NCBI RefSeq assembly: GCF_006345805.1
Contig: NC_042999.1
Location: 31,682,001 to 31,746,000 of the forward strand
Direction of reading: 5' to 3'
DNA: 64,000 nucleotides
Source: Octopus sinensis
Taxonomy: Eukaryota
Under the pieces are notes generated by a model that was not told the DNA's origin, ran no database searches, and saw only the letters and a list, made by a program, of their open reading frames with translations. How positions within the stretch are numbered: position 1 is the stretch's first letter; the number at the start of each line of letters is the position of its first letter. The position numbers were made by a program, and so were the translations under genes. Of this stretch, positions 42,780-57,961 are shown in pieces.

Positions 42780-43946
42780 TATTTGGTTACATATAGTTGT
42801 ATTTATACACCGATATTCTTCGTAAATTATATACTAGTAACCTGCCAGACGCACTTCAATTTTTCTTCTCTTTATTTCTCATTTGTCCGTCTTTCCACTC
42901 CTCTCTTTTTTATGCATACTAACTTTTATTACTCATATTTATATATCTTAAGGAATTCCTATCACAGCAATTGCTGCGTCAGCTGCAGACTTCTTGACAC
43001 CACATAAACATTGATAATATCATAGTATAAAGCAGCGGCTACAATAATTTGAGTACGTTGATAACAAAATGAAAGTCATCTCTCTCTCGCTGACGTAATT
43101 GTCTAGTTGACCACTGCATTTTTTTTTTTTAACGATTCCATCTCTACTTCAACTATATCTTATCCTCTTTGCGATCCCGGCTTCCGTTAGCTTCCTCCAT
43201 TAGGGTGACAATTTTCTATTTAACAGCCGTATGTACTTGATGAAAAAGTACAGCGGACGGCTACAGGACTTTCGGCATATTACGTAAGACGCATTCGATT
43301 CCATTTGACCCAGTTACTCAATTACTTCTTCCAGTCGATAGCTCATATATGTGTATGTCTGTATGTGCGTGCGTGTGTGTGTGTACACATACGCGCTTAT
43401 TTATCTTCATAATCAGCTGATCTAACAGGCGGGGCCTCATATCAGTGAGGGGGCCGGTGCGCATTGATGCCGTCGAGAGGTAGGCCCCGAAACGGCGCGC
43501 ATTATCTCCTGATGACCCCATATTGGCTTCCAGTATACGGAGCTTTTGACTGGTGCAAGTTGTTTGCAAGACATGCGTGCTGTGTGCAGTCCTTAATCAT
43601 GGTTTCAAAATCCGAGTACATGGATGTTGCTTGTCATATTTTACCATGTCATCTTCGTCAGGTATTAACCTATTCTTTACTTTCAAGGAATACAGAAATA
43701 TTCGATGAAACTGCTGCATGCAATAATTAACCCATCTTATTTCTTTTTAAATAGTATATCCCTTAATATAACATTATCTCGCTGCTATTTTCTAACATCA
43801 TGATTCAAAATATTGAAGCCCCCTCTTGTACTTTCTGAATATAAGAACATTAATTCAACCATATATATGCAGCCTTTCATCACAGCCGGGTATCAAAATT
43901 TGTAAATGCTTTTACTGGTATGATTTAAGCAAAATAGTGCAAAATT

Positions 43947-44353
43947 GGGATCTCTTCGGTTTGAACGGCAGGTTTTCTAGCGGTGTCATATGAAATTGTC
44001 ACCCATGATTATGACCCTTGTATCGATCTATTGCATTTCAATCTGTTTTAGGGTTAGGGGTGGGGGAAGGGTATCTTGTTTTCTTCACAAATGAAAATAA
44101 ACTCAATCTGTTTCTTAAACGAGGGATATACGGCACAGAATGTTTTTTTTTTACCTCAATAGATGTATTTGATTGGTTGAAATTGCAGAAATTGAAGAAA
44201 AAACAACAAATATCTTACAAACTATAGAATTTTCTCAATAAAGCCAAGAGAAAAAGATGTTTAATAAACACATTCTACCAGTATACGAAGTTTGAAATTT
44301 TATAGTTACCTAGAAATTTTGTTAAAAACTGTCTTTCAAACCGAAAAGACCCC
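43947..44353. mobile_element. MITE with ~30-bp TIRs
   Basis: GGGATCTCTTCGGTTTGAACGGCAGGTTTT ... AAAAACTGTCTTTCAAACCGAAAAGACCCC; no coding capacity. Confidence 0.75.
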
Positions 44354-46078
44354 GAAATTGTATCTGTTATTGCAATTGTATAAAAAGGTCTTGTTTTCCA
44401 TGTTGATGGCGTTTTAGCGATATAACAGTGGGACTTAATTCGTTGGGAGTAGAATTCATATACGGTGGTAGACATAATCTGTTAACCAGTATAATGTCAT
44501 CTAGTATAAGACCCTTGTGAGCCCGCTTTAGTACAATTAAAGTATTCGAGCCACATCACTGTTTTAAGAACACGTTCTAGTTTGAGAGGATATATAAAGG
44601 GCTATGATTACTGCTTTTCTATATTATCGTAAGAGTAATCGATTTGAATATTGGAGTAGTCGATTATATTGACCTCACTACTCAACTAGTACTATCATAT
44701 CAAACTTAAATGGATGAAGGCCAAATTCGACCTATGCTCAATTTGAACTCAGAAGTCAAAGTGTCAGTGTCCTTGCCATAAGAATACCAAAAGACAGTCG
44801 AACGTGTGATTTGAAACATTAAAACCATCCAATTATAATGTTTACCGCTGTGAGTCAAAACGTTGCAGGCGTCCACATTACATGTTAATGTTCGATGATG
44901 GATAGAATACTTATCATTCCCGCAGTCTGAGTGATAGTTGGCAACAGATCGTTACAGTGATATTAACCCTCTTCTGAACATACGAGATACAGAACCAATA
45001 TGAAGATATGATTACTATTAGCCGACATTAACATTTTCATTCCCATTATGGTCCGTAGTAGTCACAGAAGTAAGTGTCCTGATGTTTGAACGGTGGTGGC
45101 GGTGGTATTGCTAGTAATTTGTGCTCCTTTTGTTTGTTTAATTGGTCAGGTTGTCAAAGCTGACCAAACCGGTCAGATGACATCTGGAAAATTATAAACC
45201 GCTTTATAGCGTCATATAAAGAACTTAGTTGTATAGTAAGAAAAAATCTGTATCGCTTACATACACTTACTACGTGCGTACGTGTTTTAGTGTCTATGTA
45301 AGTATAGCTATGTATGTATTTTCATGCATGAGTGTGTGCATGATTTTGTGTGTGGTTGTGTGTATGTGTGTGTGTGTGTGTGCATGTGTGTGTGTGAGAG
45401 AGAGAGAGAGAGAGCGAGAGTGAGAGAAATGTGGGTGTGTATTCATTTTCTTTAAGATTGACATTAAGTCTTCTATAATTGACAAGTTGATCTTTTTGTT
45501 TTCTTGTAATTACGTATTGTTTTGATTTTGTTTGGCCTTCACTACTAAAGAAAAAGCGAATCATTTATAAACGAATTATAACGAACACGTACAAATAGAT
45601 ATTTTCACACACAATGCACACGCATACACAAACAGACATGCTAGTACATACGTATATATACACAATTAAAAGATCTTAGGTCATAAACAAAATAAAATAT
45701 ACTACACATTTAATGAAATATGCACTAGTTTGATCTTCTTTCACTTCTTAATCAATGTTCATTATAATAATACTAAATCCTACCTCAATTCGTGAGATAT
45801 GTTGAACCTCTAAAATTGAATTCATCAGGCTTAGTTTGTAGACCGTTTGAACTCGGTATGAAACAAACGTTTAATAATATGCTGACAAATCTACGTCGGA
45901 TTTTCATGGTAATCTTTACTCAGTTTTGAGTGTTCGTATATATTCAGCCATACACCCTCTACATATACTCAATTTGTTACTCTCAAGAACCAACGAAGAA
46001 ATCTCTATGAGATCATTCGACCGGCTCTCACTCCCATTGTGTATGTATATATGTATATATTTATTTATGTATACACAC

Positions 46079-46133
<55 letters not shown>

Positions 46134-46266
46134 CACACATACATAAACATATGCCCACATACACGCGCACACACGCAAAATCTATACATTCGTATATATA
46201 TATATATATATATATATACATACATAAACTTATGCCCACATACACGCGCACACACGCAAAATCTAT

Positions 46267-46334
<68 letters not shown>

Positions 46335-48448
46335 CAGATAGACATATATGTGTGTGTTTGTGTGTGTGTGTTTGTGTGTGTGTGTGAGAGTGTGTGTGTG
46401 GCCGTCTCTGTTTGTGATTCAAATCTACATCAAATGACATTGGCATTGGAAGACGAGGTGATATTAAATAATAATGAAATACCTATATTTCAAACGATTG
46501 GGTTGCTACGGCTATATAATCATTTTTGATCATACATTTCCGACTTTAGAACTGCCTCAGGATAATACAACAACATTATTCCCACTTTTTTTCGTAACTT
46601 GAATTTTATACTGAATAATTTGTTTTAGCTATTATATATAAGAAGAGGATGTAGCAAAGTGTTCATGTTTTTCATGCATATATACAAGTTATATTAAATT
46701 GCTGAGTAATATCTAACGCGTTTTGGATATGTGGAATGCATATTGTGTCTTGAACAATTACTAATATCTTCAGACTAGGTTTCTGGTTTGCGGATCTTTT
46801 CTCGGTCCTGTTATCATTGTTTAATTTCTTTTCATATTTTAATCAATGCTCACTGTAATAAAACTGAACTCCACTACAATAAGCGTAATATCCTGAACTA
46901 TTTTCTAGAAGTTTTGATTGCGGTATGAAACAAATGTTTATTCACATACCTAAAAATATACATAGATCGCTTGAAAATATTATGGAAATTACCCTCACCA
47001 CTTAAATATAAACTCGACAGCGCCACTTCCATACATCCGTTTTACATCATTCGAACGGCTCACAGATAGAGAGGACTTTCCAGTTGTCTCTTTTTTCCAT
47101 ATAAAAAAAATCTGCTAATATCAATAAGAGGAATTTAAAGAACAAAAAAACGTTTCCTTAGTTCATACTGCTGAAAATGAGTAACGGCAGCAGCGTTGCC
47201 GTAATTTTGCAATTGACTGATATCACGTTCAGAGGGAAGTTTTGTAGTTTCACGCGCCTAAAAACCTCCAAAACTTGACGAAGTGAATGAAATTGTAGGC
47301 TCCACAAAAATAAATGAATAGAAAGAAATCTGGAAATAACGTTGTATTTTGAATTACACATTTCTTTTATCATTAGCAATTTTCTTTTAATGCTTAAAAC
47401 CTGTTTTAATGGGTTTTACAGATATTTTGCAAGATACTGAGAACAATATAAATTAGAAAATTGCAGTATTTCCATGCACTCACCATTATAAATATGCAGA
47501 TATATTACGGGTATTCATGCGCTCAACAGTGACACAGGAAAAGCACGCTCATACAGACACACACATACACACGCATATACAAACATACACAAACTCACAT
47601 GCATGCACAAATATATAGACAACATTTTAAAGTACTTGAGAAAAATTCATTTTTCATCATATACAGAACTCAAACGGGCCGGACCAATAAAATCATGGCA
47701 TAAGAATCTATACATAGTAATTTCAAAATATTCCCTTTGTTTTAGTGTAAAAAATACGTTTTGAAAATGTTTATGTTTAAAGAACACTTTTTTCTTGCTT
47801 TTTTGGCAAAACTTTGAACAAGTGAAAGTGAGAACTTTTAAAGAAGACTGAGTTCTCAATTTGCCTTGTAAAGGGATAGACTCTATACATTAAAAAGAAA
47901 AAATTAAAAAACATTTAAAAACACCTTTATTAGTTTTGTATCATTTATTTTCAGTATTTTCCTGACTAATATCTCGGCTTTGGATTGAAGTAGACTATTG
48001 TTTCTTCAGATCTGCTAAGAATTTATTTAGCTTCTCTCTTTTCATTTGTCTTTGCAAGCAACTATTTGTTGGCATCATGAGTCTCATAGTAGCACCGAAT
48101 TTTATATTCTTCGAGAAACCTGCTGCGACCATACCAAGCACAAGGTTTCCCATTCACCTCCACGAATAAGTAGGAAAAGGAACACGTTTCTTGAAATAAT
48201 CTACAATGTAGCGATTTGTCTCCTTTTTTAAAAAGACAATTGGGTAAGGTAAAACAGAGCGAAATGCTGATCTAGAAAAGGAAACACGTTAGTCATTGAA
48301 TTAAATAGAAATATATATATATACATACATTCCAAATTAACATTGAAACATTAAATAATTTAAGGTATTTTTTTATTAGCAATTGACTCATTGACACTAG
48401 CATAAGTCATACTAAAACAAACAACATTCAAAATATTAAGTAAATATT

Positions 48449-48700
48449 CTTTTATAATCTACGCACAAGGCCCGAAAGTTTTGGGAAGGGGGCCTGTAGG
48501 TTAGATCAATTCCAGTACGCAGCTGGTACCTAATTTACGGACCCCGAAAGGATGAAAGGCAAAGTCGATTTCCGCCGAGGTCGACTTTACCTTTCATCCT
48601 TTCGGGGTATATATATTAAGTATCATTTGCGTACCGGGGTCATTCTAATCGACTGGTCCCCTCCCCCGAAATTTCGTGCCTTGTGCCTAGAATAGAAAAG
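48449..48700. mobile_element. Head-less inverted pair of family A SINE 3' halves with 17-bp TSD
   Basis: Minus-strand half 48449-48568 joined to plus-strand half 48569-48700; AATATTAAGTAAATATT at 48432-48448 and 48701-48717. Confidence 0.85.
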
Positions 48701-49515
48701 AATATTAAGTAAATATTTAATATAATTTTTATACATTTCAAAGTCATGTCGCGAACCGGGGCACGCAGGCCGTATGGTTGACAACCCTGATATAGAATAT
48801 AATCACATACATTTCGCTGGTGTATTCGGATGTTAGAATTGCCATTACTTTTGCTGTGAATTTTCTATAATGCAAAGTGCACTTCAATTCAAGATGGACA
48901 CAGATGTCATCCTTTATTTGTTATGAAAAACACCTGCATTAAATGTAAAGGGATGTATTAGAATATTTAAAAAAACACATTTTCTAAGGGAGATCAATGC
49001 ACATGACTTGAGAATTTGTGATGAATACCTTAATTTGCCTCTACCGTAAATAGCATACGTGATAATATGATTGATTTCATCAATGACTAATCTGGTAATG
49101 ATTAAATATCGAAAATGTTTTGGTAAAACTTTTGTAATTTATCAAGATTTAATGCTTAAACATCGGTTACTTTTTAAACTCATAACTATTATATACATAG
49201 CATATATTATATAGCAAAACGTACCAGTGCAATGCATCTAACTAAACTTAACTGCTCTATATTAGATTCTTCACAACTCATTTATATATTACTATTGCAC
49301 ATCTTCTTTTTTATGCTTTTTCTATATTTTCTATTTCATAAGTCCTTCGTATACCTGATGCTCAGGTAGTCATGTTACTTTGCAATTGTACAATAATAGA
49401 GAAATCAGTTATTTCATCAGCGACACTCACGAATCTCAGTATGTTAAATGGACTATTTCATAGTACTGTAAGTATATACATATTACTTCTGTATTCAAAC
49501 AAACAAGCACATTCA

Positions 49516-49563
<48 letters not shown>

Positions 49564-52500
49564 GTTATATTATATTATATTATATTATATTGTGTTGCAC
49601 ACTAATGTGCACACATATGTAACATACTCATATACATACTCTCACTCACACAGACACACACACACAAATCTGTATAATAGAGACACATGTGTAAGACCTT
49701 ACACGAATATATCGTCATACAATATCTTGTATTGTAAGAGATAAGGCTCTGTGATTCATCACATCATTTAGTCATTTACATCAACGGTCTGACTCAAAAG
49801 TTACCATTGTATAAACGCTTTCTTTTTTTTCTGCTAACAACCAATCAAACTTGTTTTCAAATATGTCCACTCAGTATTTCTCATGGTGAGGCCTTGGCAG
49901 ATGGAAGTGACGGTTCTAATTATGACTAACCAAGTGAATACAAAGAAAGGCTTTTTAGTAGGGAATTTACACTCCCAAAATGTATTTCATTACAAACGTT
50001 ACAATATACACAGTGTTTATTTGCCACATATCTAACTGGGCTTGGGTGTAAATTGTATATTTTGAAACCAAGGGAAATGCAAGTGATGAAATATAGAGAA
50101 ATGAATAAAATAAATGAAATCCAAAAGCAATTACATGAACACATGAATTATATATTATAAGTTAAGAATTAAGTTAAGAATTAGAGGTTAAGAATTAAGT
50201 TAAGAATTAGAGGTTTCTTGTTTATGGTTTTCAAGTGTTAATAAAATCATTTAATTGTAGAGTAATTTGTGCCACCAAGAAATGAAATCGTTTGAAAATA
50301 TCTAAATTGCAGGTCATTTGTTTATGCATAGTAATTGGATAATTATCACCTATTATTATCATGTGATTATTTGTTGCTAAATTTATGAACTATGATATCC
50401 CCATGGTAATTACATATGTACTGTTTATTATGTTTGATCTTCTAAAATGCTCTTATAAACTATTTTACAAAACGTAACGCACCCAGTAATATGTTTAAAA
50501 TATATGAATTAGGATGATTAGGTCGAGTTCTCGTATGATATATCCATGCAAGTTTTTGTTTCAGGCAAAGTAATTAAAGTCTCTGCCTACGTCACGGCTA
50601 CAAAAATTTTTTTCTACTATTGACTATTTTCTAATTAATATTGACAAAACACATCAACGATCAAATACAACATTCTGATGTATATCCTCTTTAATATCAG
50701 ATCTCCTTTAGTTTAGCTGTATTACGTTGCAGCAGTATTTCCTAAATTCTGGAGCTGCAAATATAGAAAATTGTATTTTAGATTATTTTCTAATTATATA
50801 ATTTATAAGTATTATTGATTTAATTTCTAATTTTCTTGAAATTGAAGGAAGTTAGGTTCCAGAGGCAATAGAGCGTGATATTAAATGCAGAAGGGCAGTT
50901 ACATTCGTCACCTTACGTTTACAGTTCAAATCTTACTGAAGTCGATAGATATCAGGTATTTCTCTAAAAATCATGATTAATCTAATTTCATGCTATGTAA
51001 CATTTTAATTAAGAAACTGATGACTGAATATCTCAAAATTAAATTATTGATTTTTTTCAAATGATTTTGTTATTTAGAATAGGCGAAAGAAACTTGACAT
51101 GGCATAAAAATATTCAAGTTCGAGTCAATGCATCATTGAATGTTAAATAACAGAGTACTCGTGATTCTCGCAGTCGATATTGAACGTTCATTAGTAGTAT
51201 ACACTACAATATGATAAGCTAAGCTGAAATATACATCAAAGAAACATGAATAATATTCCTATGGTTTACCAGAGGTGACGAGGCCTTTCATGTGGAATGC
51301 TTATAATTCAAAATGTTTGAGTAGCAAATTCCAGTCCTAGCAACAGAAGCTGATATTATGTCTCTGTGATATGGTTATACATGCAATAGCAAACCAATTA
51401 CATGCATGTCAGTCGAGACAGGCTTCAGGCTTTTGGGTGACAGGCGGTGGATTATGGAAAGAATATATATTTGCGTTATCGCTAATTTTGAAAAGAAACA
51501 TTTAAAAGAAATAGTTTAAAATGTCACTGTATTATTCTTAACACAATGCATTCTCTAGTTGAGTCAAATATCTATCCTTTAAATTAAAGTTAGCAAACAA
51601 ATGAAAGTATCTATCAGCACAGCATCGTTTATTTACACAGGATACACGATATGAGAAGTACATAACTTGACTTTTCTCATATTTTTCCTATATTTTCTTT
51701 CGAATTCTTTATTTTTTGATTTTTAAGACAGACTGCAATAACATAGACTGCTAAAATACGGAAAGTTCACAAGAAGAAAATGAACAAACCATCCTGCACT
51801 GGAATCATCGATATATATGCTTTGTATATATTAGGAGAATCGACGTGTCAATTACACTAAATTCTCCAAGGCAAACACACCGTTGAATGTTGAAAAGCAT
51901 TTACATGCTATCAACTAGAGTGGAATGATTCCCGGTCAGAGAAATTATTAAACTTTTTAGTAAGATTTAATATATTACATAATATAACTTATAATGGAAT
52001 ATAATTTAAATAAAGTACTCCTTATTGAAAGAAGCATTTGTTTAATGTGTTTAACAAGGACGCTATTAGAAATCATACGAGTAAGTTAGTCATGAGTAGA
52101 AAAACATTCCGAAAAATACTTATAAAAATAAAGGTTATTCTATACTACTCAATTAAGCTATCACTAGTGCGTATGATTTCTTATCACGTATCAGTCTTTG
52201 TTTAACTGTCGTAGATGACTATGTCGTCTTGGGTGACATAAATACGCCAGCGGTCCTCCTACATGTGATTTCGTGGAACATCCAAGATATTATAGATGAG
52301 GCAGAGCGAGACTCCACAAGTATTCGGCAACTACAAACTATAGATGGCTAGGCTGAAACAACCTGAAATGAAGTACCTTACTGTGACACATATCATGATG
52401 AAAGGAATCGGAACACCTGGTGAAAGAAATCGGAAATCAGCTTATGATCCTAAACACAAACCCCTTATTGACTAAGCAATGCAACTTCGTATAACTTGAA

Positions 52501-53056
52501 CAAGAAAATCTACACCATGAACACTTAAACAGCCGTGACACTTATTACATTGGTCTTGACATCTCAATTATCAATTATTTTGAGGATAGTTGTTATTCAC
52601 GAAGTGTTCATTAAGTCAGATAATTTGCCTTAAAAAGTCAGCAACAACATACGTGGTTATGTCATTATGTTCTGAGGAAAGTATATGTTATGAAATAAAC
52701 TGATAATTGTATTTTGTAAAGAATTTATATTAGTTATTGGCCCATATTTCTTTCCAATATATTGTACATCAAGAAGAACCACGAATAACATTATATGTTC
52801 AATATGTTGCTACTATGATGAGAATAGTCAGAAATTTACAGAAACGAGAATTCATTTCAAAGTTAATGTAAATTAAAATAGTTTATACTATTTTCTTACT
52901 ATTTTCTCAGCTACCTACTGAGATTGAGATGCGGTCAAGTACTTAGAGGGTTTGCTAAATAAGTAAGTGAAATATATTTTTTTTATTTAGATGACGGTAG
53001 CACGGAGCCTGAATGTATAATGTGAAATAACTTTACAAGCTCAATGAACTTAACAA

Positions 53057-53700
53057 TTCACAGATGTTTCACTGCATCTCATTGAACTTAACATGAAACT
53101 GCAAGCTTGTGGAGAACTTATTGAAATATTGCATAGCTTCATTAAGAGCGAACTCGACCTATTCGAAAATATTTTAGAAAATACGTCTCAAGTAATTTCC
53201 AAAAGCCATAGAATAATTTGAATAAATCTAAGATTTACATTTAAAAAAGCATTTAGATGTTAAGATGGCCACCGACTGCGCAGTCTTCTACTAGAATTTG
53301 TGCCAGTCAGAGTAACGGAAAAATCAATATATTTCGCAAAATATCCTGATGGGGCGGATTTAAAGATTGTTAAACTATATGCGTTTGTAGATTTGGATTA
53401 AATATATATTGAAATAAAGTTAGTGGACCTCTAATCCAGTTTGATTTAGAAAGTAGATATTCCTTACATTTAAAGATGATTTAAGTGAAATTTAACGCAT
53501 ATTTGTTCACTTGATCAAGAAAAAACAAAACAGCACGGAAATTGAACTTCTATGAGTGTATTAGGTTTGGTAGAAATGTCAATATGTTTGAATGTCTTGT
53601 AAACCGTGTCTCCATTTTCTCAGTACTGTGTTTATCAGGAATAAAAAACTCTCCATTGAACTATAAGAAAAATAAGAACAAAACATATACTATGAGTAAA
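53057..53700 (+). mobile_element. hAT (Charlie/SPIN/GTF2IRD2-like) transposase remnant
   Basis: From 53057: FTDVSLHLIELNMKLQACGELIEILHSFIKSELDLFE, resembling the hAT motif F.tDi..HLneLN.kLQG; downstream extent approximate. Confidence 0.55.
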
Positions 53701-54121
53701 GGCATGTACGCCACCAGGTTCAAAATAAAAAGACAATAGACTTAGTATTCTCTCTATTTATCCTACCCTGTGATAAAACGACGCCAGGAACAACATTCAT
53801 GAAGGTTAAGTGTTAAAATTACATCTTATACCTTAATGTTATCAGTATTTCATGAAATTGCAAATAATGAAATATTAAAATGCATTTTTATAAACATTAT
53901 AAAATGTGGCTAATCTAAAATCACTCATCTTGAACTAAGATATTCTAATAACAAAAATATCTAAAATCTTGAAATATTAAAATTTTTATACAGTTCAATA
54001 AAAATGTTCTCCATTATTGGCTCAGCGCAAGCTTCCGCAAGACAAAGGGTTATCTACCTCATTATTAGCGTTTTTTTTACCTAATCTAGTGTCCAACGTT
54101 CGTATTCTGTCTATCTATCAA

Positions 54122-54216
<95 letters not shown>

Positions 54217-54425
54217 CCAGCAATGTATATATATATATATATATACATATCTCCATCAATCCATTTCTTTATCTATGCCTGTCTAACCATTTACCTATCT
54301 CCCCAACTTTCTTTCTATTTACGTATCTATCTTTTAAAGTTTTCTTGCTTTCTTTCTAAACCGTGCCCTCCCCCTCTCTCTCTCTCTCACTCCCGCTTAT
54401 ATAAACACACACACACACACACACA

Positions 54426-54459
<34 letters not shown>

Positions 54460-57119
54460 AGTCTGTAAGTGTGAAAGAGACAGAGAGAAAGACAGAGAGT
54501 GAGTGTACATGTTTCTGTGAGTATATATACACACACATATATGATTGTATCTGCGTCCTCTACACGATATTCGGTAAATAAATACACTATTATTAAGTAA
54601 TGTATAATATACTAATTGTTGAAAAGAAGCTCTAAATATACTAGAAATTTGAGTGACTCACACACCAAAATTTTAGCAGAATTATCAGCCGCTTAGATGC
54701 GCTCTAAGATGGATCCTTCATATTCCATTCTCTCACTTATTACTATATTTATGAAGAAACAGAAATTTTACGTCGCATATAAGTTCTTAATATCAACAAT
54801 CGCAGGTGTATAGAAACTACATCTTCCATTTACTAGGAAACATCAGTATGTCATTTATCATATTCCCTTCATTATTAATTCATACCACATCGATTTATCA
54901 TCGAAAAACACCTTTTTTCACCTGCACTGGAATTTATATATTTAAATCTATGATATTTTGTTTTTTTCATTTTTCGTGTTATTAAATGCCAGTATATTTT
55001 TGGTTTATTCCTACTTTTAAATATATTAAAATTGAATGCAAACTGAAAAAAGCAAAGCGATTTCTTTTCCGAAACTTCTTAAAATTGCTACGTTTAATCA
55101 GTCGTTTGAAATGTTTTACAATATTTATTCACATTCTACATGTTATCTATTGGCATTTATGAACTGAAACAAAAAAAGTAAGATGTATAATTCAGAATAG
55201 TTCCTATTCTTTATGTTACATTGTATATTTCACCAAGCCAAATATTTATACGAATAGTATATCACGCTATCTATTTGGTCACTACTATTTTTTACGAATT
55301 ATAACCAGGAATATAGTAGCTAAACTCTGGTAGTGATCACGCTTTTACTGAGTTACAAAAGACGTAATTAAGGAGCATTGTATCATGATGTACGACTAGG
55401 TGTACTAAACTGGAGAAATGGCTTCACAGTGATGTATTTTCGTTTCACAGCTTCTAGTCATCGAAGTGGTTGTTTTCACTGTAACTTTTAAAGTCGAGAA
55501 CTAGTATCAGGAATGTACATGAACATTCTAATATTTCTGTCTTTTATTTACACGCTATGCAACATATATTCACACAGACGTGCGGGCATGCACAACACAT
55601 GTATCCCGCGAACACATCACACACATACACACACGCACACACACAAATTAGAACTGGCTTACGTAAATGAAAATAATCAATAAGATTGATACTTGTTTTA
55701 TACGGAAGTTTCATTCCATCTATGAACATCTTTCATTAATAGAAACACTCTTAGATTCTTCTGCAATAAAATTCGATATCCTAGTCTGCACGAACAGCAA
55801 ACGAAATATTCTGTTCATGTCTAAGAAAGATCATAAGGATATACGATGAAAAGTATCTACAGTCACAGCTGGCATATCTTTGATCATATTATATTGCTCG
55901 ATCAGGACTGGCCTATGGTTTAAACCACCTCCACCACAATCTCAACAATAACGTCAATGTATATTACGTCATATAGTAAGAATAACGTGCAAGCCACATT
56001 TCCAGTCACAGCTTTAAAAGGAAATGGATAATTTTACAGAAGCTGTATATTTGGTAACTTTAAAGGAAGGAGCTATCTAAGAGACTGTGTTGCAACCAGT
56101 TACATCATATAATATAACCTATCTGTGACATTTGATGCCATTCGTATTTTGTGTTGATTCCTTTTGACAATTTATAGTATTTGTTATGCCCAATATTCCT
56201 CTCTCCTTGACGAGTACTCTTCTATTTTTCATTGATTATATTTAAATAGATAAGCAGATTGGCCATGAAAATAGTTGATACTATTGTGAAATAAATCAAT
56301 GTTCATGTAAGTCACAGGAAATTTCCCAAATTTCCAAATAATTTTCATAAGAAGTTTTTATCTGATCCAAACCTGAATGTAAATGACTTTCTGTTACTAA
56401 CCTCAAACTGTATCGCAGATATTCTATCAAACAAATGAAGTAATGTGTGTATATATTTTCCAGCATATACTGAAGGTAGTTGTCTATTTAAAAAATAAAA
56501 TAATAGGTGAATTAACCTCGCCTATTCATTGGTGTAATTTACGGTTCAACATTTACGTTAAATGAACAAATGTAAAATTTACAACAATGAAATAACCTAT
56601 TTATTATTATTATTATATATAAGAAATAAATTTACGGTTGTTCGTACCTGTGTGCTTGTGTGTTTGTATAATTGTCTTAACGCACAAGCTTCATACTGTC
56701 CTTCATATATTGAACGGCCACACTGAATATACTATCTGAATTGTTTTCTATTAACGAAAGAATTATCATCCCATCTGTTCTGATGCTAATACAACAATTG
56801 CATAGTGGGAAAATGCAATTTATGCAATTTAAATGAATAATTAATTTATATATTCTGTACGTTCGCAGATGTTAATCAATAATTTATAAAGAACATCTTG
56901 TCAACAACATCGTGTTCTTAGTTTGATTCCACGTAAGAGTCTCCAAACTGCATTACGTCTGGGAATGACTGCATTTGTAATAATCTAGACTTTCATAATC
57001 TTTACAGTGGCGATAAACGCCAGTCAATGGCTATTTATCTGAAACGGTAAGCGGGGCCTGGAAATATTTGTTACATTTTTTTCTTGGAAAAATATGTGGA
57101 AATAAGATGTTTTGAACTA

Positions 57120-57961
57120 TACGTGGTCTGAACAATGAGTATCAGTATCGTTGCCATTGTTACAGAGTAAAGCCGCTTGGCGACGATTGATCCTGAACTC
57201 TGCTGTGCTTGCACACTAAGTTTCGACGTTCTAGTTCACTTCTGATGTTAACAGCAATGCTTAGGAAAAGGTGATTAGCGTGTGATCGTCGCATTGACAA
57301 CTATAGAGAAAGCTGAGCAGGAAACCTGCATCAAATTTTGCCGAAAGCTCGGTGATAGTTACTCAGAGTCATACGCAAAGATTTCAAAAAGTTTTCAGCG
57401 TTCTCGACACAATCAAGATCTTGTGCAACTGAAACCCTAGTATGTTTTGGTCAGTTGAAAGCAGTTTTGTCACAAACTTACCCGACACATACGCGTCTCA
57501 TACACACAAATCTTGAGGAATAATGGACTTAACTGAACCGTATATAATCTGCATATCCTTCGATAACTCACGGATGCTGATTCAGCGATTTCCCTTCACA
57601 GCTGCCCGCACATCTGCGATGTTTTTCGCAGTTCTGCCGGTTGCGATTCTCGTAAATATCGACATTTTTTCAGCCGTCTTGGAAACGTTTGTACCACTTG
57701 TACAATTGTTTGCGACACATACTGGCCGCTGAGCAGATTTCGCCATAATAACTTCCTCCGTCATGATGACAGCGACGATCACACGATACACACCTTCGTT
57801 CCAAGCACTGCTGTAAACAGCGGAAGTGAAGTAGAACGTTAACAGTTGGTGCGCTTGTACAGCAGAGTTCATGGTCAATCTTCACTAAGTGACTTCATTC
57901 TGTGTACTTTAGCTACGTTACTATGGCAACAATCCGGATACATATTGATCAGATTTCGTAT
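57120..57961 (-). mobile_element. mariner deletion derivative with TIRs, built from two inverted 5' ends
   Basis: Diverged TIRs TACGTGGTCTGAACAATGAGTATC / GATACATATTGATCAGATTTCGTA; minus strand YKWYKRFQDG, ISIRELS and KFVTKLLSTDQ; plus strand CIKFCRKLG at ~57325. Confidence 0.8.

Noticed and set aside
43405-43525. GC-rich patch with GGGGCC...GGCCCCGAAAC and CTGATGA
   Set aside because: Core elements cannot be arranged into a valid hammerhead topology; more likely a DNA-transposon end fragment.
46135-46275. Two ~50-bp direct repeats separated by (TA)n (similar small repeats at 760-830, 30665-30702 and 50158-50215)
   Set aside because: Ordinary slippage duplications; no unique spacers, so not CRISPR-like.
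52213-52352. DDYVVLGDIN peptide resembling an APE endonuclease GDFN motif
   Set aside because: Single short motif with no supporting neighbouring domains.
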